Positions 43,538 through 57,400 of a stretch of DNA of 64,000 bases are shown here, piece after piece. This DNA comes from Trichoplax adhaerens (lineage: Eukaryota; Animalia; Placozoa). The notes beneath the pieces are model-generated. The model saw nothing but the letters and a program-made list of their open reading frames with translations, was not told the origin of the DNA and did not search any database. The stretch's first letter is position 1; the number at the start of each line of letters is the position of its first letter. The stretch is taken from positions 1,670,254-1,734,253 of the forward strand of contig NW_002060953.1 of assembly GCF_000150275.1 (NCBI RefSeq). The letters run 5' to 3'. The position numbers and the translations under genes were made by a program.

Positions 43538-45080
43538 CTATTGTTTGTCGACTTTGAGGAAAAGAAGAATGATAGTTATAAATTAATTTTAGTGAATTAT
43601 ATAGTTGCATATGACAATTCATTCTGGATAACTTCAATACTTACCAACATCTGCTCCTAACTCTCCTATCACCATCGAATCATCGGAGATTACGATGGAA
43701 ATAAATTAAATGAAATTAATATTTAATATTTAATAAATCATTTAAAAGTCCATTTAAAAGATTTAGCTATCATTAGTAGTCTAGATATGATCCAGTATTG
43801 TTACAGGCAATTACCTCCTTTATTTCCTTCTGCAAGGGAAAGATTGTAAAGGAATTAGCAGATATTATTAATAAATTAAGTTACTTTAAGACCTTATATC
43901 TCGTAAATTTGTTGCAATCAAATACAAAATTTACACTGTTAGAGAAAAATTTGCCATATAAACCTCAATGCTATCTTATGTAAATACTGAAGTTTGATGA
44001 TGTTATCCTAACCTATAATCAGACATTTATTGCTTGAGTAGATACTGTAAACTTTTTATACAAAATAAGTATAAAGTGATTTAGCAGCAAGAATTACGTA
44101 GCAGCTTGCATCTAAAAAAATTTTAAATTTAAAATAATACTGATAGTATTATCCTACCTATATTTAGATATTTACCTAAAATGATCAGTTTAACAGCAAG
44201 AACAACTAAAGCCATGATATAACTACTGTAATTGCTCTAAAAATTTCTCAATGCAATCACCAGTTATTTTTATGTATAGTACTTCAAATGTAAGAATAAA
44301 AGCTCTACCTTGGAATAAATCTACATCAACTGAACGAGGGAGTTTTAATTTGCTACTGAAGGTGGGCTGTATAGAAAACTATTTGATTGGGATTTATTTA
44401 TACTTTAATTGTACAAATTATAAGAAATGGATAGCAGAAGTTATATTTGGGTCTACGAAGCTGTAGCATGATACATTATAACGATATTGCAGCCAACTGA
44501 AAGTGGTCAATTTTGTTTGATATTCCAGATATAAGTGTCTATTTTTGAGTTACTGTATTCCATTAAACCTGCTATTGTCATAGTCTATCGCGCTCATACC
44601 GGGAAAACTTATATTATTTCCGTAGATGTCTACATCAGGTAATGTTTTTGGATTTTCTATATGGTAGACGTCAAAATATATAAGATAGAAAAAGTTTCAT
44701 CATTATTGCTTGAAGCTGAATCATCAAAATCTGTGTCTAACGCTTCTAAACATCATTTTCTTATAACTACCAATATTTGCCTTACCTTCAGTGTCCAATT
44801 GCAGTTTTGCTCCGAAAGCTTTGACAACGTTGACATGGTGCTGTTTTAGCAAGCTACAGAAAGTATAGAAATCCTCATTTGAACGTTGTTCTTGTAAGAT
44901 TTCCAATAGCCTTCCGTTCATATCTTCAACATGAGTTAATTTTTCTATATCGATAATATCTCTACTACTTAGAATTTTTTTAACTTTCAATTTTGTAAAT
45001 AACTCTTTGATTGGAACAATTTTGATAAATTCTTCTGCGTATTTATCAAGATTAGCTTTAATAATGTCACTTAATTCCAT
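43538..45080 (-). CDS. CARD gene truncated after the linker (CARD-only product or pseudogene)
   Basis: Intact CARD exon 44786-45080, roughly two-thirds identical to the CARD at 61318-61609. Candidate phase-1 micro-exons 44600-44656, 43815-43829, 43645-43665 and 43521-43551; the last reads VDKQ* (TAG 43538-43540). No DD exon found downstream by eye. Confidence 0.6.
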
Positions 45081-45869
45081 ATTTTACTTGCAATTGTAAC
45101 TTCAAGACCGAAGATTTAATCTGTAAGAAAATATGTTTATAGCTATTACTTTTCTGAAATTAGTTTGCGGATATTTTCGAAATTAAATTAGATTGACGTA
45201 ACTAGGCTGCTTTAAATATAAAAATATAAGTAAAGCAATATTCTCAACAAGTATTGAAACTGTTAATAGAAAATTCTATCAAAAATAGGTACGCGCACAC
45301 TTTATTTTATGCAATAGACTTGAAATCTAAACGAGTAATGCGAATATTTAGTTATGAAATGAGTTACAAGACAACTTTTCTACAATTACATCTAGTTTCT
45401 CCCCATCAAAATATTCATCATATCTATAACTATATAACAAAGCTAAAGTTCATTCTGCCGAGTTTTAAGTAAAGAGATCGTTCTCACACTATCATAAACA
45501 GTCACTATAATAGTTAAAACTACATACAAGATATAATATAGCAATCTGATGTTAAGATAGAGATAAGATGAATTAGTAGAAGTATAAAAGAAATGTAGCG
45601 GAAGTAAGGTAGTTGTGAAACTTATATTCCTTTACTCTGAGTCTCTGATATTAATTTACTAGGTTATTCTGTTATAGTAATTTCATGAAAAGATTTTAAA
45701 TAGTCTAATTATGTCATCTGCTATCCATTATGAACGTAAAGTATTACAGTAGCAAGCCAGGTGAAAATCTTACTTAGGAAACAACCGGATTAAATTCTTT
45801 CTTGCTGCCGAATGTCTTGTACAGTTGAAAAATAGAAACCTGCGGCTCTTCTAAAAAACCACGGCCTTT

Positions 45870-46050
45870 TAGTGATGTAAGCGTCTGCGTAGACTTCATT
45901 AACAATAGATTGCGGTTTCTTTATTCTAAATAAGAGAAAATAACAATAATAAAGTATATAATAAAAGGTCGATGATAAGAATTGCAAGTAGAAGTTAGTA
46001 AAGGGGATCAATACAGTACTTATAAATTATTCATGAAGGACTGGCTGATG
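45870..46050. other. Upstream homology block shared with ~62755-62932
   Basis: TGCGTAGACTTCATTAACAATAG vs TGCGTAGTCTTTATTAACGATGG, and TAAATTATTCATGAAGGACTG vs TAAATTATTCATGAAGGATTG, both upstream of the two closest CARD paralogs. Confidence 0.6.
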
Positions 46051-46132
46051 AATTTACTTTAACCACCATTTGTCAATCATGTACAAATTTTATTGAGTTA
46101 CTTGAAGATTTAATTGTAAGATAGTTAAATGT

Positions 46133-46536
46133 TTGTCACACACCACTAGTGACAAAGTAGTCTACACACGCCAATCCTTGCGGAGAACGCCACTTACTAA
46201 CTTAAAGAGGCGAGATTAGCTATATCACCAAATAATTCAGTTCCAACGACCGAATACTATGGTATAATTATAGCGTCACAGATGATGTAGACGAGATAGT
46301 CAGAGATTTACTATCATTTATTACTGAAGGAATCTTGGCACCCAAGATTATAGTCTTTACAATTAAATATCAATTGAAAACTAGTTGACTATCTAACCGA
46401 CTAACGAACTAAAAAGGAATCTTCAGGCACCAGCCTTTTATAGTCTCGTCAGAAACTCCTGGTGCACATAATATAAAAGTATCCTTTTAAACTTATAGGA
46501 ATTATTATGAATATTGTCATTAAAGACTTCATATAA
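46133..46536 (+). mobile_element. Truncated second copy of the 27808-28298 element, opposite orientation
   Basis: Reverse complement of 27895-28298 with about 10 mismatches over 404 bp, counted by eye. Confidence 0.8.
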
Positions 46537-49500
46537 TGTTGTAAAACTAAATTTTCAGGATCCAAAACCCTACTATAAATCAGAGTATCTGTAACACTAA
46601 AAATCGGATTATGGTTTATTACGAAAGAAACCACAACGTAACTATATAGACAACTTGCACTTGGATCTGCAATAAATCAGACCATCTGAAATTATAAAAA
46701 TCGCAATAGTCTGATTTTTTGCGGATAATGAATTTTAGTTATACTAACATGCTTACACTCAAAGTTATTTTTTTTTAATTTTATAGTGATGTACCCATAT
46801 TTGATTATAAGGATAGCTATATTTGATAGAGTTAGGTTACTCTGAATAGATGTTATCGTGAAGCTATCATAAGATGATTGCTAGCTACTATATTAGAAAT
46901 TGTTGATGACCAATATCTGTCAGTTGACTAATTATGGTACAAGATTTAAGTGGCTAGAAAGTAGAAACACTTTAGTTGTTAAGATGCCCTTCGAAGAAAT
47001 GGGCTAGTCTTTAATAGAAGAGTAGTGACATCTTAAGTAGAATGATTTAGATTGTAGAAGATAATGATGTACTATTTAAGAAAAGTATTTTGTTTGATGA
47101 CTCATGTCTGATTGTAGACTAATCAAGTTGTCATAATTGGATTTAACGAAATGTATATGTTATATATAAGAAGTGTAGAGATGAGCTCACGATGAGAAGA
47201 AACTTCACTTCGCTATAAGCTCGGAATATTGCAGACTTTAGACTTAGATTCTTGTAGTTATTGTTGCTCTACTAGTCCTAAAATCTTGTAATAAGTGCCT
47301 TTTAGAAATACGATTTGACTAAGAAAGTTTTTGGAAGGCACTTTTATTACAAAGTTGTAGATACAGTTACAGTATTTTTAGAATTAAAGTTTAATTTTGT
47401 TTTACAATTTCAGATAGTCCAATTTGCTGAGGATTCTAAGTATAAAATTTAGATACAGCTGCAACGTGCTTTTATAATTTAAGATACAATTTATTTTAGA
47501 TCTATGCATAAGATGCTGATATAGTTGTATCTGGATTAGAAAAACAGATTTAGCTTTACTACAATAAAAACCAAACTATAACCGTATTTACAACTTACGT
47601 ATACTTAGAATCCCCAATAAATTAGACTATTTAAATTTATAGTGTATGTAAGCTTTATTACAATGGAAACTACGCTATATCTACAACAATTGACCAGCAA
47701 GAAAACAACCGATCTACTCGATTTGTGTACTTATAAACTCTGGCGCATTGCCTATTAAGTAGCTATAGTAACAAAATGATTATACACTTAATATACCTAT
47801 AAACGCTTCTATTCTCTAAGCACGAGTATTTATTTATCATATCTTATCGAAACACGGGAAACTAATCATGCTAAATTATGATTGTCATTAACAAGAATTT
47901 AACATAAATGCTAAACTCACGGTACTACAAATAAATTTCTAGTTTCAAGCTAACATCGTCGTTTTCAACTTTCCAATGAAATATAACCAACTTACTGGCA
48001 TAGAACAGAGTTTATTAATGGCCTGAAACATCATCGATATCCAGCACTCTAAAGAACCTATAGTAGGTACAATAATTTTCTAAATGAGGTTATTGATGAT
48101 TTGTATTTTAATCCAAGCATGTGTAAATTTCTGGTTTTAAGTTGAAATTATCGATTTCAATATCATACAAGTACCATCTGTTCTACTCCGGTGGCTTATA
48201 AAATAAATAAATCGATTGATGGCTTGAATTTTCTTCGTCATTCAATCACTTTGAATAACTAGTAGTGTTGGTAATAGTTAAATATACAGATGAGCTCATT
48301 AAAGATTTGAATTTAGCTCAGATAAATGCCAACTTCATCTTTCACTAAACCATTATAATAATTATCAACCTCAATTTAAAAAACTGAGCTACTCCTTGCG
48401 GTTACTTTTTTATGGCTGTCTATTTTTAAGCAACTCATTCAGTATCTAATTTTTGAATAAAAATATCCATATTCTTTTGCTTGAAAAAAGTTGTGGCTAA
48501 GCTTTATAGTTACATTTTTAAAGATATATTCATCCATTTCTATTTAAAAAGAAGTCTAATGTTGTACTTTTGTGCTAGTATTTTACCTACTAAATCTTAT
48601 TTCCTCTGGATAGTAAGTGCTACTTGTAATACTTAAGAATTTTAAGAACTATTCTAATGCCTGCATTTTGGTGCAAACAAACGTTAGTTCACTTTGGTTA
48701 CGTGTTTCAGGAACGCTTTTAATGCTTGGGATTAGAAATATTAATTTGAGATGAACGTTAAATCTATGATTCTGTGGGTAAACATTGAATTTTAGCTTTT
48801 CGATAATTCAGGATCTATGCAACTTACTATGCTGTGTATTTGAAGAAATTTATTACTGAGTTTAATTCAAATGAAAGCGAAATGTTAGATTAGATATGCT
48901 CTTGTCAACATTTGATCCGTCTAAGGATAAAGCTGATTATGGAGCTTAAATTTTTATGTTTGAATTCTTAGTACTTCAGTTTTATCTGCAAGAAAGCTCC
49001 ATTTCAATTCTTGTGCAATGTATCTTGATATAACTTTTTAATTTAATCACGAAAATTTCTAGCTAAAGCGAGATATATCAAGCCCTAATACCTTAATCCT
49101 TGCTATTATATTTACGAGACTGCATCTATGATGTTGAAATAAACCAGTAGGTAGCTTGCCAGTTTACATGTAGGGACTCAATGGAATAAAGTTCTAAAAT
49201 ATTTTCGTATACCTTAGCAAGCAGTTAAAATTAAACATTACCGGTCGAAAATGTTGGTATGTAAATTTTATGTATGCTTGAATGATTATCCCAACTAGTA
49301 ACAGTAATAAGAAAATGTTATTCCATGGACTAATATTGACTATTTTCTATTTGTATCTTTATTAATATTTTATTAAGTGAAAAAAGCTCCAAATTTTAAA
49401 GTCAAATTGTAGCAATCCTTCTGAAATTATTTATTAAGATGCCTGTAAATATACAAATTGCAAAATATAATGGAGTAAAAAAATCAAGATGTATCATAAT

Positions 49501-50533
49501 TCACATATTTAAATAATTATGTATGAACATGTTAACCTACAGTTGGATAGACAACGGATAAGGCTGAAAACTAAACCTGATAGCACCAACGATTTAGATA
49601 GACTACGGCAACATGAATAGATTTCTGCAATACTGTTACAGTGTTAAATACTATATTACAGTAGAAATAACTATGTTAGGATAATTCTGTTAGACTATCC
49701 TTATTTAGTTAACTTCTAATTTGGATATACTGTGTTTTAATATAGCACTGACTTTTTATGACAGTGACACTTATACACATACTGAAATTAATAGTTATAA
49801 TAGGGAATGCAAATCATCTGCTTACAGTTCCAATCATTGTGATTGTAATTTACTTATGGTAGACTGTAAGTTATCATGGAAATGTTCCGTGATAGGACAT
49901 ATCGTAATCTGACTATTCTGTATTAGTTATTACATGTCTATGTTGGTAAATACTGTTGTCTGCATTAAGGGAGCAGTAGCTAAAATTAATATCTAATTCA
50001 GTAAATGATTCTAATGTTAATTGTATTAACTATGACTCATGAACTATTGAGGAATAGTATATAAATGCAGTATATCGTGAAATAAAGATGAATTGTCCAA
50101 CTTAGTGTTTAACGTAAAATACGAGGCGTTTAAGTCTTTGTGTAGTCTGCTAGTAGAGCAAAAGTGTTTGTGATAGTGCAGATATCGTTCCTTGATACGT
50201 GGTTCAAGGAATTGACTTATTGATCGTAGATTAGGTTATCTTGTTGCAAAGCTGTTTTGTGACAAATACCTAACAAGATAGTTGATGAATCTGACTCTTG
50301 CAATTCACTAAAAAGTAAAGAACAATATAGGTTTGCATTAACGGTAATCGTTTCATTAGAGTTACTTATTATGATTACCAAAAAAATTGGTACAAGATCA
50401 TAACTGAAATGACTTAGTAAATCTAAGTTAGATTTCACTTCTGAAATGGTAGTTTCCTTTCTCAGTTATTACAATTTAAAAAATCCATAAATCTTACATC
50501 AACAAATTGACGAGGCTTCATATTTTAAGGTAT

Positions 50534-53500
50534 TTATGAATCATACATAAGAGTGACAATCTCTTTCCTTTCGATTTCAAAGAGGGCTTGCACTAGACGG
50601 GTTGTAGTAGCCTCAATACTTTCCATATTATGCCATTTCTTCAACATAGTTCTTGCCTGATCATACACTAATCTTTTTTCCTCTATTATGATATCAGTGT
50701 TAATTTTGTAATTTAGCTTTAAAGCTAGCTTAGTCCAATCAGTACCAATGTGATCCGCAACGATGAAAAAATAGTTTCTAACGTCAGTTGAAAGTTCTAT
50801 TATGAAATAAAAAGTTTTGTTCCTTGTTTAATTTGAAGTATTCTAGATAGTAACCTTAATTATTAATATAGCTAACGAACTGATACTTATTTACTATTTC
50901 AACATTTATTTTTAGAAATACACCGTATGTGTTAAGACTTATAAGACGTTATGATGCATCCAATATCTCTAAAATGGGTATTGCAAAAATCTATGCCTAT
51001 TACTGAACACTTCATTAGCTATATATATAGATCAGATATTATAAATAGTGTCTAATTGCGATAGTACCATTTTGTGAAGGATGTAAGATTAACTGTATTT
51101 CAAGAGTGATAATAGTTGTTAATAGATTGTTAACATTTTACTTCAAACTGTCCTTATTCAGTTATACTTTGTACGTCCTAATTGAAACCTTTTTCCTTAT
51201 CCGTAGTCGTTTTATTTGATTCAAAATTATTTAAAGCAAATAAAAGTAATTGTATGTTTAATGTATCTTTAAGTAATTTAGTCCATAAATACAGTCTAAC
51301 GTTTTGATGTGTAGTAAAAGATATGCATCTCTAATCGGTGAAAATAATTAACTTAGCAAAATTGCGGAAGCGATCAATAACATTTTTTAAATCATTGCTG
51401 TTACTTTATAACAACTTTACAATGTAATCATCCTTTGTTAAATACTGTCCAAAGCGCTGGGCTAAGTCTTATTCTTAGTTATTAAGTTAATAAGTCGTAA
51501 AATAAGAATATAGTTCACCTTTTACGTGAGCTTTGTTCGTAGTTTCATGATCCTGACAGTCGCTATCTTGTGATGTATTCTCATCGGGTGGTTTAGAATT
51601 GGCAGATTGAAAACCTTCATGATCTATGGTAGTTGTGGGATTTTTTTGCATTAATAGTTGATTTACGGGCAGATCTTCTACCGTTTGCTGAATGATGAAT
51701 TGATTTTGCTTCATGTTGGAAATGTCATATTGGATACAATCTAACTGCCGCTTTATGTCTTTTTGACATTTCAATGATTTATCTTGACTCATTTTTATCT
51801 CATCGGCCTTTTGAAGAAAAGCATTACTCTCTTGAAGAAGAGCGTTAATCGACTTCCAATAGCGTTGATCATTTGAGTTAGTTGAAATGAATTCTTCATC
51901 AGTGATCATGTTCTGAAACTTTGTAATCATCTTTTCCATATCGCTAAATCTCCTTTCATCTAAGCATTGATTAATCAAATCCTTAAACTGATCCATTTGA
52001 TCTTTAATTAAGTTTGAAATATTCTCTGTTAGTAATCTCGTGATTGTGCTTATTTGATCATCATTGATCGTAGCAGAGACTTCTTCTTTATCTTTCAGCA
52101 GAGCCGCATTTAAAACTTGTTGAGCGTAACTAATAAAGAATTCTCTATCGAGATTCCCGCTTAATTTGCTTTGATAATTGAACAGCATTTGGGGGCTGCT
52201 CATAATTTGCTGAGTAATATCGTTGAGGCCACAAATAAAGTCTCTACTGTTGCCATCATGGAAGAATGATAATTGTCGGAAGCCATAATGATCAGTTTTC
52301 TCATAACGTTTCAGGTCGTAATACTTGAAAGAATTATCTACCTCTATTCTAATCCCAGTATTCAAAACTAAGTCGGACGAATAAATTTTTGAAAGTTCTT
52401 CGTTTTCCTTCAAGGCGATTTTTAATTTACTTCCTTTCTTTCCTTTGTACCTACAACTGGATTATAATTCGAATAAACATTTAGTGTAGCATCGCCAAAT
52501 TATTGTCATTAAACAAGCCTGTTAGAAAACTTATTATTGTCAGCATGCTGTGTACAAGTAAATTAGATACCACTTAAAAATTATGTCTGATTGAGGGCTG
52601 TAGATAATAATAGGTAGAGATAACTTTATAATAAATCAAGTATATTGATTCAGCTTCGAAGAATGTAATACCAATGATACATATTCATTCTCATTCTCAA
52701 TTATATAAGTGTTGAGACTCGTTGTTTGCAATCAGTATGTTGTAAACAAGTCAGATAAGGTGTTAAACCTGCTATATTTTTCTGTGGTGACTGCTCTTAG
52801 TCCTTCTTTCTTATCATCTACTTTTGCAAGTTGTTTTCCTTGTCTGTCAGAGTTTGTTGTACTAATGCATAGTATATCTCAATCATTGAAGAATCATTTT
52901 AAAATTTATAATTGTAAAATTCTTCGTGTGATTTTCTCTCTGGGTAAAGTAAGTAGACATAATTTGTTACAATACAGCTAGCTTATAATTAGGCTATTAC
53001 CGTAGGCATGTATTATTCATTACTGACGAAATCCTTTTTGATAATGGTAGCTTTCGAAACCTAATATCTATCCACAACCCATTTAAATCCTATCTTTTGT
53101 AAGTAATCAATTAGTGAAATATTGATTTCGGTATAAGATCTGGCACTATTAAAAGATTGTGGGAACTTTCTAAGAGCATTTTTTCTAGTTAAAATGCTCT
53201 TCTAATAACTATTTCCGTTCTGACAGAATTGGTTCTAGTTTGCCTTTAATCTACAGATAACTTGTTCACCAACGCGTGAGATCTGCTTAGCCATAAAATT
53301 TGTTAGTTTCCTTCATTCCACTATAACTTAATTAATAAAGTAATTTTACACTTATACTCTGATATCTTCACATATTTAAATGTAGTTAAATATTGATTTC
53401 AACATAAGACACTATTAAAAATTTATAAGCGTACTATAAAAAGTATCTTCTCTAATTATTTACTTGAATAATTACAGGATAATGATACGAGATTGACCAA

Positions 53501-54128
53501 CGAAAAATTTTAATTTAATTTTAATTAACCTGTGCTTTATGACAAAATTTGGTTCAATAATGCATTTGCTGATAAATTTGGCAAAACTAAGTGGTTCTTT
53601 CGGTGGTTTATCTTTCTGCTCTATAATATAAGCGATGATGGCTTCGATCATATCTTCAGCCAGTTTCTTAATATAGTGATTATCGTATGCGTCAGAAATG
53701 ATAGATATTTGTTGCTCGTAGATTCTGACGAGATCGCAAGCTATCATCGATATAGCCAATTCAACGCGATCATTGTTGGGAGTTAGATGATCAATGATTT
53801 TCTTAATTGACCTACGATCATATCTTTCGGCAATTTCTGAAATTAAAGTTTGTATTAATGACATTCCTTGAACTAAATTAAACGGACCATCTGTAGGGAC
53901 AAATTGTAAGCACGATAGGATACCAGTCAAAAATTGTGTTGCAGTATTTGCAATCATCCCAGGCTTTAACTTAATTTCTTTTTCCAGGACTTGAGATAAA
54001 ACTTTTAATTTGATGGTAAACTTCTGAATAAAAGTGATTAAAAATTGTTTAATCTTTGGTCCGTTTTTGAATTGACTGATATTATCAAAGTCTTCTGGCC
54101 ATTCTTTCTTCTCTTGCATATTTGCCAT
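50534..54128 (-). CDS. ~628-aa protein: uncharacterised helical N-terminal domain, coiled coil, acidic linker, C-terminal Death domain
   Basis: Exons 53530-54128, 52769-52861, 51519-52450 and 50534-50796 (intron phases 2, 2, 1; total 1887 nt). The last exon is absent from the ORF track and reads ELSTDVRNYFFIVADHIGTDWTKLALKLNYKINTDIIIEEKRLVYDQARTMLKKWHNMESIEATTTRLVQALFEIERKEIVTLMYDS*, paralogous to the other DDs. Confidence 0.75.
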
Positions 54129-56649
54129 GTTAATATTGAAGAGCCTTGACTACGCGCAAATTAGAATCAAAATATTTTAAATCTCAGTATCGAGTGTTTA
54201 TTGCACCATTTCAGATTGACTTGAGACCAATTTCTCTTTAATCAATATTCTACATCCTTTCTCAGCAAATATTAAAGTAATCCAGTTTGTTGCTTATTTG
54301 AGAACCGATTTTATATCATGTCCAGCAAGATCCGTACGATACTGCTATCTTGAAGGTCTATTAACGATGGCATTTTCTTTTCCACATGTTTTGCTATCTT
54401 GAAGTTTGATATTAAAGATGACCAGAAAAATATTTCTCCTTATTTTAAAAAAACACTGCTTTTCCGATTCTTTGTAAGCTTAAATCTTTTAATAAGTTCG
54501 AGTTTTAATATAAAGGTAACATTTTAAAGAATTAAAATAGTAGATGAGAAAACTCTAGCGCACAGCACAGGTTTTAAGTTATAATAAGCGATGTAATACT
54601 ATCAGAGAACCGTTGCAAGAAAGCCCTAGCTTACAATTAGGGAAGTGAATTACTTTCGAGTTGACCTTTAGAATAGCCCCAAAAATGATTTGGAATGCAC
54701 ATATTTATTTAATGAACAAAATCCATATCAATTATCATAATTTTTAATGAACTATGCAAATATTGCTATATTTAATATGATAACATTGATATCGAGAAAT
54801 AACCAATCATTTTATAGCTGTATTTTAATCATTTTGATTTACTGTAAATCCGTGGTAATAAAATGCGAGTCATTTATTTTCAATAGCTGTTGAAAGACGA
54901 ATTGTTGATAACGTGGACTGGAGTTAGTAATTTATGTCAGATCAAAGCAATTAAAGTCTGTCGTTCCTCGAAAAGAGGATACATACTTCGAAAATTATGT
55001 TGTACTGTAAAAAGATAATCATTTTGTAAAATATTTGAAATTTGAATGAGCTCATAAGCCAGCTGCTCTATAAAAAATAAATATAGCTAAAGCTAAGACT
55101 GTAAGGTTGTCTAAATACGTGTTTGTGGAAGATAATTACAGAACGTATTATAGCAATTCCGTTGATATATTGTGTCATCATGCAAGGACATAAATAGATT
55201 GCACAAGAATATATGCTATGAGATTTATATTGTGTCAGTCTAATTAGAAGCACGAATTATGAACGAATTTTCCCCGTAAATTTAACTTTATCAGGCGACC
55301 TTATTGGCAAGATATGTTTATGCTCCTGATAATAATTTTGTAACAAAATGTATAATAATTATGTCGTTTGTAAGTTACGCAGTTGTAAACTGAAAAGAGC
55401 ACTTGGTAGTTGTATAACAAATTTAATTCACGTACTCAAGCAAAGTTTACAAGAAATAAGTTCTCGTGTATTATTTTGTAGACACATTATCACAAAAGCC
55501 TATGTAACATCTTACAAATTTTTAACATATCGCTCGATTGGCTGGCTTTTAATTAAGACGGAGTCAGGCTCTTTAATTAAATTAAAATATGTAAATTTAT
55601 TAGAATAAAAACAAGTTATAGTTGTTTATTGAAATTTAAGGTTCGTCAAGTTGGAGCAGAGTACTTAACTAACGTTGATATTGTTATGATACATTATGCT
55701 CGTAGTAAATCTAGGTTAATGCTATTTCTTACTCTGTAATGATAGCATCAGTTTACTGTGCTGTAGAATTTTGCACTGTAAAATTTGCATTCTACTCTGC
55801 TGTAGAATTCTACACTGTAAAGTTGTCCCTATTGTGCCACCGTAGGTGAACTTATAAAATTCTTATACAACGGACTTGATGTAGATGGTACCCAATTTGG
55901 AAGGTTACTAATCTTTTATTCTGACTTTATTTCTGCATTTTAATTTCAAATTATTCTCTCTTAATGATCAAACGTAAGGCAGTACTTATATTATATCAAA
56001 ATAAGTGAAAAAATATGCTAGTGAAAAAATTTAATGGTACTGCAGTTTTTAATGCTATAGCTGTAGTAGTTTCAATAGCTCGATTTCAACGCTTGCATAC
56101 AACTTGATAAAGCAGTATAATTGAGATAATTTTAGAGGCAAATTTAGAGATAAAAATCTCTGAAGGCCATTTAGTCTTTGGAACATAACTTCACGAATAA
56201 TCGACAGCCATTAAATCAATATTGCTCATATTTTACTTAGAAAACCATCATTCTTTACTCACTGTACATAATATTCAAAATCACTTCTATAATCATAGCC
56301 GTTCGGTTTGATACAGCTGTATTAATACTGATTTTATTAATAAAATCAAAGTAAGGCCTAGTGATTCAAATTCTATTAAATAATTATATATGGCTTTCGC
56401 GGCATTTATAAACCGAACAATCTTAGTTGGAGACTGATTTTAATGAGCATCATAAAATAAATGAAATGACAAAATCTACTTCTTTTACGCGATACTCTAT
56501 CAACTATCAATATAAATTAGTACTTTCAATTAAAGTGCAAGTCAAGTTAGTAATAGATACTCAGGATACTGAATTGAAATTTACAATATCTAAAATCACT
56601 AGTGTTACAATAGACATTATCATTGCTAGTAGTAGCCACTCTTTACTTT

Positions 56650-57400
56650 TCTTCTATGATTGGTTAGACGGAATATATATGCAGACAGATCTATAAAGTT
56701 TTTTACGTTTTATCGGTAGATATTATTCCGATCCAAAAATTTATTTCCATTAGTCTAAATCTCTTGCTCAAATTCCACTTACCCTCCCTTGAAATGAGCA
56801 GCGCGGGGGTATTTATACTACTGTTAAATGACTCTGATTATGGGTTCATTTCAATAGGTCAGTATAAGATTCTTACAGTACTTTTTACCTCAAGATTTCT
56901 TCATGTGAAACGAATAGCTCTAACGTAGTCATTTCTGCAGAGTACTGATCATTAAAATAGTATTCGTTTATATCGGTAAGGGTGGCCACTGGGCCTTTCA
57001 ATTTTGATTTTATGTAATATTCTGATGAAAATTGAATAAACATAGAATCTTTATAGAGTTTTCTACACAGCCATTTTGATTGTTGAATTTTCTTATAACA
57101 GTTGCTATCGACAGAGCAAGCTTTGCTTGCATACTCAAGCAATCCTTAGACACATTATCATGATTGGTATAGAATTAACCACTGTACTATGGACATTGTA
57201 CCGCACTGTCGATATCTTACAGTACCTGCTAATCTTAACTTGGCATGGCCATCACCATACATTAGTTATCATCATGTGCTTTGGATTATTAACTAATCTT
57301 AATATAGCATTTCATCCGTGAATGCATTCTTGAAAAGTAGTATTCTACAAGCTTAGCTGTGAATATAGTAGTGCCTGGCTATTACCGGGATATAAATAAT
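56650..57400 (-). pseudogene. Possible decayed Mab-21/cGAS-like nucleotidyltransferase remnant
   Basis: Broken minus-strand frames give GHAKLRL, KWLCRKLYKD..F, KGPVATLT...YSAEMTTL, KWNLS and RKKLYRSV, in the order of loosely similar Mab-21-family motifs. Many stops and frameshifts; weak. Confidence 0.25.

Noticed and set aside
44309-44366. Additional linker exon of the truncated CARD gene
   Set aside because: It has plausible splice sites but is 58 nt with a stop in the required phase; left out of the model (may be a decayed exon).
27895-46536. Single giant DNA transposon carrying CARD-DD cargo
   Set aside because: No target-site duplication or transposase, and the left copy extends further with its own termini, so these look like two independent insertions.
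48100-49050. Coding-like minus-strand stretch (similar at ~63000-63330)
   Set aside because: Many stops and no family motif recognisable by eye.
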